From Piromyces finnis finn (lineage: Eukaryota; Fungi; Neocallimastigomycota), in assembly GCA_002104945.1 (NCBI GenBank), contig MCFH01000051.1, positions 124,001-188,000 on the forward strand: 64,000 bases of DNA, in the 5' to 3' direction. Positions 1 to 14,513 of this stretch are shown piece after piece. The position numbers and the translations under genes are program-made. Position 1 is the first letter of the stretch; each line of letters opens with the position of its first letter. Below the pieces are notes generated by a model that worked only from the letters and a program-made list of their open reading frames with translations, was not told where the DNA came from and made no database searches.

Positions 1-721
1 ATAAAGCCGAAAAAAAAATTAAATTAAAATTATTAAATAATCAAGTATATTAAAAAAACTAATTTACCTAATATATTTATAAAACTTTTAACATTATTAT
101 TAAGATAATAATAATTATGTCATTTTTTAATATTTTTTTTTTAAAATGAGTAAAAGTATACATATAATGTAATATATTTTTTTATTTTTCATAAATTATA
201 TAAAATTATAATTTATTATATCATTAAAAAAATATTTTTTAATACAGATTAATACAGATAATTTACAATTTACAATTATATTAATTATATATTAAATTTA
301 ATTTATAATAATTAAGCTTTTTATTTATTATTATGTAGGATTAATAATATAATACCTTTTTTTTTTTATTTTTATTATTATTTTTTTAATTTTAAATATC
401 TTAATTTTTTTTTTATTGTTCTTCATCTTTTAATTGAATTAGAAATGTTATTTTAATTTAATTGTTGTTGTGGTTTATATTTTTACTGATATTAAAATAT
501 TAAATAATAAGTTGAAAAGAAATTATAATAAAGAAATAGTATAGAAACATATAAAGTAGAATTAAACCACAATTACAAAATAAAGTAAGGTTGATAAAAC
601 ATCACATTTATTATTTTTAAATATATATAATTGTTAATAATATTAATACATATACATTTTATTTTACCATTACTTTTTAATTTTATTAGTATTTATATAT
701 ATATTTAAAAGAAGAAAAAGT

Positions 722-762
<41 letters not shown>

Positions 763-1486
763 ATATTAATTATGTAATAAATAATAAATTAAATAGTGCT
801 ATATAAAGAGAATTACTTTATAAAATATACAACAAAATAATATTATTATAATATAATAATATTATTATTTCTTCTTTTTCTTCTTATTTATATTTTATTT
901 TTTTTCTTTTAAATTAAAATTACTTTATTTAAACTTTTTTTTTTTTTGATATTAATATAGATAATTATATGAAATGTTTTGAGCTGATAAAACTATATTT
1001 TATTTACTAAATTATTATTTATTTATTATATTATTAATTTTATATAGCGAAGATATAACAAAAATCTATTAAAATTAAGTAAGAAAAATTATCGAGAAAA
1101 AATTTTCTATATGAAAATGAGCTATATATAAAAGATCTGATAAAAACAAAATACAGAAAGCAAAATATATATAACAATAATAAAAATTTAGAAATAATTA
1201 TATATAATTTAAATATTATTCAAATATTAAAACAAACATTCGACATTTTTTCTTCTTTCTTTTACTTATAGATTATAGATTTTAATTAATACTCGAAGGT
1301 AACTCTATATATAAATGATATATAAAGTATTATTTAGAAATATATATATATTAAAATTTATATATTCTATTCTCAAATATAAGTTTATTTTAAAGTAAAG
1401 TAATTAGTAGAATTTAAAATAGCTTTATTTTAAATTATACGTTAAACAATTTGATATTGTTTATTAAAATATTATATATTTAAAAG

Positions 1487-1649
1487 ACCAAAACCAAAAC
1501 TAAAACCAAAACCAAAACCAAAACCAAAAAGACAAAAAAAAAAAACAAAAAAACAAAACAAAAAAATAAAAACAAACAAACAAACAAACAAACAAAACAA
1601 AACAAAACAAAACAAAAAAAAAAAACAAGCAATAATAACAACAAACAAA
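1487..1649 (+). repeat. A/C-rich compound microsatellite ((AAAACC)n, (AAAAC)n, (AAAC)n) just upstream of the CDC24 ATG
   Basis: Read directly from the sequence; almost no G or T over about 160 bp. It generates the spurious 1500..1727 minus-strand ORF. Confidence 0.9.
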
Positions 1650-1686
1650 TAAATTTTTTATATAGAATAATAGAAAATTAAAAATC

Positions 1687-4600
1687 ATGAATATTGAATT
1701 ACCAGTAGCAACAAACGTACGTGTCAATACTGATTCGTTATATCAACAATGTTTAAAGCTTATTGAAAAAATTTATCCTTTGGAAGGATTTGATACTATC
1801 TTATTTTCTGATGGTGACTACTCAAAAATTTCAGATCCTGTAAAAATAATATGGGATATGTGCCGTTTAGGTAGTCCACTTTGTTTATTATATAATTTAT
1901 TACAACCAACAACTCCATTAGAAGCGAAACAAGGTGATAATATTTCAAAAGCTAATGTATCAAAACGTTGTGTTTTCCTTTTTATTCAAGCATGTCGTTC
2001 AGATTTACATATTCCAGAAGATGAATTATTCAAGATTACTGATGTTTTTAAAGAAGATACCAATTTATTTATTAAGGTCGTAAATGTTTTAAATATTCTC
2101 TTAAAAACAATCGAAGAAAGAGGTTATTATCCAAAAAATATTAAACCTTTACCATTTAATATACCGAATTCAGAAGATATTGAATCTCCAAAGGATAATC
2201 GTGCTAAACTAGTAGCTGAACTATTAAACACAGAAAGAAGTTATGTTCAGGATTTGGAAAGATTACATGTAATTAACAATTCTTATATATTTAATTAAAA
2301 AATATTTCATAATTATATAATATATTTTTTATTAAAAATATATATTATTAATTACTAATTAAAAATGTTATTATATTATGAAATAAATAAATATATATAA
2401 ACTCATCAAAGAATTATCAAATTGAAGCTGAAGCAAAAATACTGAGTAAGGAAGATTCTATTACTCTTTTTTCAAATTTAGGACAATTATTAGATTTTCA
2501 AAGAAAATTCTTAATTCATATGGAATCAGCTCTCTCTGTGTCAACACAAGAACAACGAATTGGTCATCTTTTTTCATCAATGGTAATTATATATATTATT
2601 GAAAATATAAAATTTATTATTTTAATATTTAACATATATTTTATCTACACTATATGTATAGGAAAAAGGTTTTGAGGTTTATCAAATTTTCTGTGCAAAT
2701 CAAGATAAAGCTGCAAAATTTGCATTAGAAAATTGCGATTCTTTAGTGGTATGTAACAAATAAATATATACATAACATTTTTTTTTATCTCTTATTAATT
2801 AATATATAATATTTTTATAAAATAGCCGTTAACAAACATTATGGAACCTAAATATGAGTTACCATCATATTTAATTAAACCAGTTCAAAGAATTTGCAAA
2901 TATCCATTATTATTAAATGTAAAATTTGATATTATAGTATAATAACATATTTATAATTATTTGAAATTAAATACTTAAATATTGAATTTTAATAGGAATT
3001 AATGAAGTATGATACAAAAGCTGAACACCCATATTGCCATGAACTACAACTTGGTTTAAATTCAATAAAGAGAGTTACTGAATTAACTAATGAAATTAAG
3101 CGTCAGGAGGAGAATGAGGAAATCACAGAGGATTTAAAGAATAATATTCAAGATTGGAAAGGTGTAAAAGTTGATGAATTAGGCTTATTATTGTTACGTG
3201 GAAATTTTACAATTTCTAATGGTAATAATGAACGTGAATATGTTTTATTTTTATTTCAAAATATGCTTTTATGTTGTCAGGAAAAGAAACAAGAAAAGAA
3301 AAAGAAAGGAAAAACAAAGATTACTTATATATTAAAAGGTAGTATTTATATTTCATCTATAGAAAGAGTTTTAAATAAATCTGTTATAAGCGAAAATTTC
3401 TTTGCGTTAAAAATTTATTGGAGTGATAAACTTATTAATCAAAGTTTTACTATAAAAAGTGTTAGTGAGGAACAATGCAATCGTTGGTTAACTCAAATAG
3501 AAAAGTTAGTTGATATTGATAAGCAAAAAACTCAAACTTTAAGTAGAAGACACCAAGATTATAATAATCGTTATGTTACTCGAGTTAATCATATAGATGG
3601 AATGTTTATGGATGAAGAATATGATAATATTAATAAAGGTGTTCATAATACTCATAGTATGTATAATAAGCCTGTATCTAGATCAGGATATAATAATTTA
3701 TCATCAGCATCTTTTACTTCCTCCCAGAATAATAGAGCACTTAATCGTTCAAAATCACAACCAAATATTTTTAATATCAATGGTCATGAACAACATAGAT
3801 ATGGATTCCATAATCAGGAAGCTCCGCCACTTCCATCATACTCAAATAATGAATATAACTATAATACAAATATTCCTTTACAAAATTCTAATACTCTTCC
3901 AGATCGTAAGAATACTATGGGAAATGGCAGAGAACAATCAAATTTCGATAATTTTTCTGCACCTCAACGTACTGTTAGCAGTCATGTTAAACATAATCAT
4001 TCTATGAATAATTTAAGACATTATCCAAAATATAATGAACCAGGTAAATGAAGTATATTTATTATTTTTATTATTAAAGGTATACTAATTTATTATTTTA
4101 TATTTTATGTTATGTTAACATTCAAAAATTATATTCAAAACAAAATTTAAGATGATTATTATACTTCAAAATCACCGACGAATGGTAGTAATATTCAATC
4201 ATCTTTCATACCACAAACAGCCCCTCTTCCACCTACACCTACTATCACAACTAATAAATCATTATACTCATCAAAATCAAATAATAATTTAAGTGAAGAA
4301 TATAAAAGCAACAACAACAACAACAATAATAATAATAAAATAGCTAATTCACCAACTACTAATTTTTATCCTGAAAGAAAAGCATCCCATGCTAAACCAT
4401 TAAAAATTAATATTGAAGATTATTCAAATCGTAGATATAACAATTCTTCTAAGTTATCAGAAAGTTATAGTGAACGTGAGGATGTTGGATCATTGTCACC
4501 GGCGTCAACTACTTCAAACTCATTAAGCGTATCATATGATCCTTATGAACCAATGTCTCCCACTGGATCATTTTATCATAGAAATCAATATAATCAAAAG

Positions 4601-5647
4601 ACTTCAAAAAAAGGTGAAAGCTATAATAATAATGAAAATAATTCCCTTAGAAATGATTATAATGAATTTGACATTAATAATAACTATAATTATTCTAAAA
4701 GTAATTCAAGAAATGAAGTTGAAGATCCAGTTATATATAATAACAGAAGAAGTGAATATAATAATGATTCATATGATTATGAAAGAAGTAGAAATCGTGA
4801 AAGAAGTAGGAGTAGAACAAGAGAAAAATCTATAAGGGAAAGAGATGATGAACATAATAGAGCGAGATCTAAATCTCGTACTAGAAATCCAAATTATAGA
4901 AATCCATCTTCTACTGTTAATAGTGTTTCACAATTAATTCAAGATTCAAGTAATTATGATAAGGATAGACCTAATGAAAAAATATTAAGAAATCAATCTT
5001 CTGTTTCAAGTCTTTCATATGAAATTAAAAAGAATGCTAGCATTAAATCCAATGCATCTAGTAATTCTATGGGTAGAAAAACTTCTGGTGGTAGTAGTAA
5101 TCCAGTCAATTCTTTCAATAATAATTTTACTAATTCACCGAGAATGCGCCCATCTCCACCAAGTACACCACGTCCATCAACCCCAAATCTTAATCGACCA
5201 TCGACTCCAAATCTTAATCGTCCTTCTACTCCTAACATTTCATCGCGTTTGAATAATATTAGACGCCCCTCTACTCCATTAAATTCTTCACTTTCAAGTA
5301 ATACTTACTCTTCCTCTGATACAACAACAGTGCGTTCTAATTATACTAAAATTAAAGTAAGTTATAATAGCCAAGAGTTTATTATAGTAGCGCCAAGTTC
5401 AGGATGTACGTATAATGAACTTATTTCAAAAATCGAACGAAAAATACGTTTAAATGAAAGAACAATAAGTGATAATAGACCGTTGAGAATCCGTTATAAG
5501 GATGAAGATAATGATTTTGTTACCATCATTACTGATGAGGATATTAATTTAGCTTTTGAAATTGCATTAAAAATTTGGAAGTCTAATAAAGATACAAATG
5601 AACCTATGTTAAGTATGATGGTTAACCTTTATGTTGATAGAAAATAA
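1687..5647 (+). CDS. CDC24: Rho/Cdc42 guanine nucleotide exchange factor Cdc24/Scd1 (CH-DH-PH-low complexity-PB1), 6 exons
   Basis: Exons 1687-2268, 2412-2582, 2662-2748, 2826-2918, 2996-4043, 4152-5647 join in frame at GT-AG sites. Motifs: CH-like DPVKIIWDMCRLGSPLCLLYN; DH ELLNTERSYVQDLE and YLIKPVQRICKYPLLL; PH LLLRGNF...REYVLFLFQNMLLCC; C-terminal PB1 KIKVSY...LRIRYKDEDNDFVTIITDEDI. Confidence 0.92.
5170..5280 (+). repeat. In-frame RPSTPNLN-type tandem repeats in the CDC24 low-complexity region
   Basis: Translation PRPSTPNLNRPSTPNLNRPSTPN...RRPSTP; 24-bp DNA units. Confidence 0.75.
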
Positions 5648-6061
5648 AAATTTCAACAATAATTCTCTTATATTAATTAGATTAGAAAAAATAGTAATCA
5701 TTAAAATACATAACCATTTGTTAATTTTTGATTTATAAAAACAGCAATAATTTAATAATTAAGCAACAAAATAATAAATAAAAAACAAAATTAAAATTAT
5801 TATCATTGAATTTATTTTGATTCAGTATAAATTATTATTTCAAAAATCAAACATTTAAAAATAGAAATTAAAAAATAAAGATATAAAATATATTTTAATA
5901 TTTTATATATTATTAAAATTAATGAATAACAAAATTGGAAAGAAATTGATAGAGCAAAATGAAATTGTTATTATTTTATAATAGCTTAAAATCTTTTTAA
6001 AATAATGTATATATTATTACTATTACTATTAATACTATTATTTTTATTTTTTATTTATTTT

Positions 6062-6101
<40 letters not shown>

Positions 6102-6613
6102 TTATTTTTTATTAAAAGAAAAGAAAAAAGAGGTGAAAGTTTTAAATAATGAAATGGTAATAGTAACCAAAATATAATTTAAAGGTTAAATTACAAATTA
6201 CTAATTTAATTGATAGTAATAAAAAAATAACAGTTAAATTTTATATTTATTATTATTTTTTTTTTAAGTTATAATAAATGGAAATGAAAATATTATAGAT
6301 AGTTAGCAATTATTATAGACAACAATAACAATTACAATAACTACTAATAGTAATAGTAGTTATTTCTATTTATATATAAATAGAAATATGGAAAAATATT
6401 TAGTATATATTATATATATGCGTTTTTTTTTTTTTTTTTTTTTTTTGTTTTTTGTTAGATGGTTATTGTTTCTTAATATTTTTATGTAATTTAATTACAA
6501 AAAACAAAAAACAAAAAACAAAAACAAACTAAAAAAAGAAAATTAAATATTAAAAATGAAGAATCTAATAAATGTATTTCTATAATTAATCTTTCTTTAA
6601 TATTTGTTCTTTT

Positions 6614-6614
6614 T

Positions 6615-6675
<61 letters not shown>
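6614..6675 (+). repeat. (TTTC)n microsatellite grading into poly-T
   Basis: Seen directly. Confidence 0.9.
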
Positions 6676-6681
<6 letters not shown>

Positions 6682-7182
6682 AATAGTTTTATTCAAGAAT
6701 ATAAAAAATTAATATTTTAAACAATTAATATTAAATAATCCAATTCCCATAAATAAAACGTAAAGAAAATAAACAATAATAACAATATATATATTTTATA
6801 AAGGTTTATTTATTTTTTATTTTTTGTTTGTTTTGTTTTGTTTTTTTTATGATTTTTATAATTACTATTATTGCAAAGATGAAAATTAGTATTATTATTA
6901 TTTTTTTTTTAAAAATAATATATATATATAATTAGGTAAAATTTTATTTTATGGAAAATAATAAAAATAATTATTAATATATATATTATTTTTATTTTTA
7001 TTTTTTCTTCTATATTTGCTATTTAATAATTATTATAATTTCTCTCCTTTTTCTTTATTAATCATTTATTATACTCTAATGAATGTATTAATTATGATGC
7101 TATCTTAAACATTGGAAAGAAAAAAAAAAATATCATGATAATTACATGTAAGCTAATAATTTTAATAGGCAAAAAAAAAAAA

Positions 7183-9813
<2,631 letters not shown>

Positions 9814-10344
9814 ATTGTTTATAAAAAAAGTTTATAAAGTATATTTATTCAATTTTTGATTTTTCTAAGTTGATAAATATATATTGATGTATTGTAATGT
9901 ATATTATATTATATTTTTTCTTTCTTTCTTTCCTTTTTTTTTTTTAAAAAAAAATATTACAATAACTAATTATGTAAATAATTATATATACTTTATAATA
10001 TATAGAAAATAATGATTTAATACAGTTTTATAAAAATATAAAGGTTAGTATTCTATGTAAAAAAAAAAAAAAAAAGAATATAAACTTTTATTAATTTGTT
10101 ATTTTATTTTTTTATTTGTTTTGAAAAAGTTTTAATTGCCATAATTAAATATCATTAAGAATCAATGATATTATCAATAATAATAGAAAATATTCTTTTT
10201 TATTAGAAAATTCAATTTTATTCAATGAAAAAATTTTCTCATTAAATAAATTTATATAATGTATATATTAAGTAAAAGTATGAAACTTATATATTAGTTA
10301 AATAATATTTGTTAATAATTGTTCGAACATTTGAATTGTTAATG

Positions 10345-10408
<64 letters not shown>
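10345..10408 (+). repeat. (AAT)n microsatellite
   Basis: About 20 AAT units seen directly. Confidence 0.92.
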
Positions 10409-10410
<2 letters not shown>

Positions 10411-11513
10411 TAATTGCTTATGCGCTTTTATTTCTTTTAGTTTAATTTTTATGTATTTTCAATGAATTATAGATAGAAATAAAAATATTTTTAATAATAA
10501 TAATGATAATAATAATAGTAAAGAATATATTTTTTAATACTAACTAAATTATATATTTAAAATTATGAGCATTAATATTCACTTTATTATAATTATTTTT
10601 AAAGAGAATAATTTTCTAATAAAAACTTTATTTCTTTTATTTAAAAAACAATATAGAATTTAAAAATTTAAAGTTCCACAAGAAATTATTTAAATTTTGT
10701 AACCTTTATTTAATTAATATATATAAAAGTAATATGAATATGAATAAATATTTTAATAATTTAACAAGAACTTTTATAAAAACCAATAATGATATGGATT
10801 AATCATAATTTTTGAATAATTCAATTTATTTCAAATTAACTTTTATTTCAAGCTTAAATTATAAGTTTTAGTTATAGTTATAATAATTATTTAATAACAA
10901 TAATAACGATTTTTAATTAATAATAACTTTAGATTTTTTTAAAGACATTTTTTAAAGACATTTTATAATTTGCAATATAAATAATTACTAATTACATAAT
11001 TATATAATATGATTTTATATGATTTTTACAGTATTATAAAAAAATAATTTAATTTTAATAATAAAATAATATATAGAAAATAAAGAGTGAATAGAAATTA
11101 AAATGACACTAAAGATATAAAATTTCAATTAATACAAAAATTATATAATTTAATCATTTATATAATCTTTATTATAACAACATTATTTTAGTTTATTTTT
11201 TTCTTAATTAAAATAATTCTCTTCCGTTCATAAAAATAATAATAAAAAAAAAAAAAAAAAAAAAAGAAACCAAACAATAAAAAAAGAAAAGTAATGAAAA
11301 TTTTATTTATATAAATTATGTTCAATACATATTAATTCGTATTAACGATTTTATAAATAAATGTAATAATTTCTTATTATAATACATAATTTTATCCAAT
11401 CATATTTAATCTATTTTATGATTGGTATTTTTAATTTTTGTATAATGAAACTGAATGATCAGGGTAGTAGATTTTTTTACTTCCTCTCTCTCATTATTTG
11501 TGTTAACTGAATC

Positions 11514-12331
11514 ATGGTAAATTGATTAAATGAATGATGAATTGATTTATTTATGTTTAAATTATTTTTATTCTTGAAGATTTAAAAATGTTATGAATAT
11601 ATTGTTTATGTGTGTTTTTGTTATTATTATGATACGTTTGTTTAATGTTTACTAGTCCGTTTGGTAATACCAAAAGTTAATAGATAGATAGATGGATGAA
11701 TAATAATAAAATTACATAATATATATACATATTGTATATATCGTTGTCTTTTAACTTTAAACTTATGTATATTATAATAATGACAATAAAGCTGTTGTTT
11801 TAATACTCTTTAAATATTAAATATGAATTATTATAATTAATCTATATTTTTTTAAATATAATATATTTTATAGACCCAAAAAAGAAGAAATAACGGACGT
11901 AACAAGCACGGTCGCGGACACGTTAAATTTGTTCGTTGTGCCAACTGCTCCAGAGCTGTTCCAAAGGATAAGGCCATCAAGAGATTCTTAATCAGAAACA
12001 TGGTCGAAGCCGCCGCTGTTCGTGATATTGCTGAAAACTCCGTCTACGACAGTAAATATTAAACTCAACATAATAAATTTAAAATATATTATAAATGTAT
12101 GAATGTATGATATATTAATTATTTTTTTATAATATAAATTAATATTTAAACTATAAAAATAAAGATGTTGTTCTTCCAAAGCTCTACATTAAGATGCACT
12201 ACTGTATCTCTTGTGGTATCCACAGTCACATTGTCCGTGTTCGTTCTCGTGAAGGTCGTCGTAACAGAGCTCCACCACAAAGATTCAGATTCAACAAGGA
12301 CGGAAAGAAGGTTACTCCAAACAAGGCCTAA
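11514..12331 (+). CDS. RPS26: 40S ribosomal protein S26 (eS26), 3 exons
   Basis: Exons 11874-12051 and 12165-12331 give [38 protein letters not shown]...[25 protein letters not shown]. The ATG-only first exon is inferred at 11514-11516 (ATG|GTAAAT) and is less certain. Confidence 0.93.
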
Positions 12332-12885
12332 ATTAGACATTAAAGCCTAGTTCTTTTTTAATTGTTGGAAATTTCAAAATAAATAAAAATTTTTTTGAAA
12401 CAAAATTAAACAGTAAAATATAATGGATGCATTTTAAAATATTTAAGTTTTGTGTTTAAAAATAAGAACGTAATGTGGAGGTGTAAATGTATTGAGGAAA
12501 AAATAGACAAACTAAAAGGTAATAATAAATTAGTAGATATAGTGTTGTAATTTTAAATATTAGAGAGTAATAGTATAGGTAAAAACATGTGAAATAAACC
12601 ATGATTGTTATTAGTCTTATTTCAAAAAAGTATAAACGTTTTAAAAGAGCAATATTATTTTTAAAATTTATTTATAATGTGTAAACCAACTATTTAAAAG
12701 ATTTTTAGAAGTAGTAAAATTATCCAGAATAGTAAATTACAATTGATTATTATTGCTTTAATATTTTATTTTAATTTAAGGAATATAAAAAGATTTCAAA
12801 AAATATCTTAATACAGGTGTATTTAATTTCTAAACTTATTTTATAATTGTATTTTGAAATAATAACAAAAATTTCAAAAGATTTG

Positions 12886-12955
12886 TAACATGAATTATAA
12901 TTTTAATTAAATTAATAATAAAGTTTAAAATATTTGATGCCGTTAAAAAAAAAAT
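12886..12955 (+). mobile_element. Extremely 5'-truncated LINE copy (about 70 bp of 3' terminus plus A11)
   Basis: Near-identical to the 3' end of the full element (ACATG.ATTATAATTTTAATTAAATTAATAATAAAGTTTAAAATATTTGATGCCGTT-polyA). AAAGATTTG flanks both sides (12877-12885, 12959-12967). Confidence 0.85.
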
Positions 12956-13020
12956 TTAAAAGATTTGCTGTTAATAAAAAAAAAATTATTAAAGTGTTTA
13001 ATATTAAAAGATTAAATGCA

Positions 13021-13209
13021 ATAATTCTAGTGTATTTAACAATTATCAATGTTCAAAAAATATAAAACAACAACCAAGAGCGTCAGGCCAGGAGGCCAGC
13101 GCAACCAATGAAGATCATAATTTTGTCCCATGATAAAATTTTGATCTTTGGCTCGGTGTCCCATGGAAGTCAAATACAATTATTATACCTTAGTATAATA
13201 GTGGCTTTT
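13021..13209 (+). mobile_element. Older, internally deleted LINE relic (ORF C-terminus plus start of the 3' UTR)
   Basis: Collinear blocks match about 27213-27600 of the full element, e.g. CCAAGAGCGTCA/GGCCAGGAGGCCAGCGCAACC...GATCATAATTTTG...GTGGCTTT, with internal deletions. Confidence 0.85.
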
Positions 13210-14478
13210 TCACACCTTGTCAATTACATTCCTAAATTTAGAAAATACACGTGGTGCAAATCAAGTAGGACACTTGATAAAAAATTAAAGAAACATGGAG
13301 ATGTTAAAGCAGTTAAAAACTTTTATTGGAAAGATCTCAAAGGGAATTCAATCAAAGTGCAATATTATGATGATAATAAATTTAGTGAAACTAAAGATTT
13401 TATTAAATTATGTTATGAATACCCAGAGTTTGCCTATGGCTTCTACTGGCTATTGAAAGCAAGAAGCGGATACAAGTTGGATGCTAGAGTTGCCAAAGCT
13501 GCTAAATTTGTTGATCCAGTTTGTCCTAACTACTGTCCATGTTGCAAGTGTGGAGATCAAAGTATTAAACATTGGTTATTAGATTGTCCAACATTTAGAG
13601 ATATCCGTATTAAACATTATGATTCCATAGTCTAGCTACTATATTTTTTCAGTCAACGTAATTCCAATAGTCCTATCAATAATAATGAAAATGTTAATAT
13701 CAGTAGAGATAGCAATAACATTAATAGTAATAGTAACAATAGTAGTAATAATAATTACAATAGTAATAGTAACAATAGTAATAATAGAAATAGTAATAAT
13801 AACAATAGTAGTTATAGAAATAATAATACTAGTAATGATAGCAATAGTGAAGATAATAATTCTAATTTAGATAGTAATTTAGTTAATGATAGTAATAGTT
13901 CTAATAATCCGGTGAATATTAATGTGTATGATTATTCTAGTGTGTGCAGTAAAATATTTAAATTCCTTCTTGGGGGAAGAAGTTTTAACAATATTAATTA
14001 CAATTCAAGGGAATGGAAAGAACTTTGCAAGCGTCAGATTCAATCTGGTACTAACGAAGGAACACCATTCTTGACGGTAACCGCGGAACTTCTAACCAAA
14101 ATCATGCCTTTTGCTATTGGCCAGCAATGGTCAATGTTTAAAAGGTTTGAAGCAACACCCAAGAGCGTCAATGCTGAAGAAACAGTAAGACAGGCCAGGA
14201 GGGCCAGCGCAACCAATGGAGATCATAATTTTGTTCCATGACAAAATTTTGATCTTTGACTCGGTGTCCCATTGGAAGTCAAATACAATTATTATACTTT
14301 AGTATGATAGTGGCTTTCTTACTTTAATTAAAATTACTAGAATACATTATACCCAATTTTTATTCATTTGTGTTTATTTAAACATATTTTTTTTATTTTT
14401 ATTTTTATTTTTTAATTTTTTATTACATGTATTATAATTTTAATTAAATTAATAATAAAGTTTATAATATTTGATGCC

Positions 14479-14511
<33 letters not shown>
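13210..14511 (+). mobile_element. 5'-truncated LINE copy (Zn-finger region, Asn-rich tail, 3' UTR, A30); ORF broken by TAG at 13633-13635
   Basis: High identity by eye to 26498-27802. CAG>TAG at 13633 relative to the intact copy; ends TTTGATGCCGTT-A30. Confidence 0.95.

Positions 14512-14513
<2 letters not shown>

Noticed and set aside
1500-1727. 75-aa Phe/Cys/Val-rich minus-strand ORF
   Set aside because: It is a translation of the A/C microsatellite's complement.
3597-5252. Overlapping alternative-frame or antisense ORFs inside CDC24, and similar ones in CE1, the LINE, the LRR gene, BABAM1 and LHS1
   Set aside because: They are shadow ORFs from AAT-rich codons (Ile/Met/Leu-rich) with no independent motifs.
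11440-11700. Possible intronic C/D snoRNA near RPS26 (ATGATGA at about 11534)
   Set aside because: No downstream CTGA D box or terminal stem within the intron.
13108-13635. 175-aa ORF as an independent gene
   Set aside because: It is a chimeric reading across the junction of the old LINE 3' UTR relic and the nested 5'-truncated copy; its C-terminal part is LINE ORF sequence.
13685-14241. ORFs 13685-13870 and 13912-14241
   Set aside because: One is an off-frame reading of the Asn repeat; the other is the post-stop remainder of the LINE ORF.
13210-14511. RIP-like C>T hypermutation of the truncated LINE copy
   Set aside because: A few C>T/G>A changes exist, but also transversions and reverse changes; too few to call directional.
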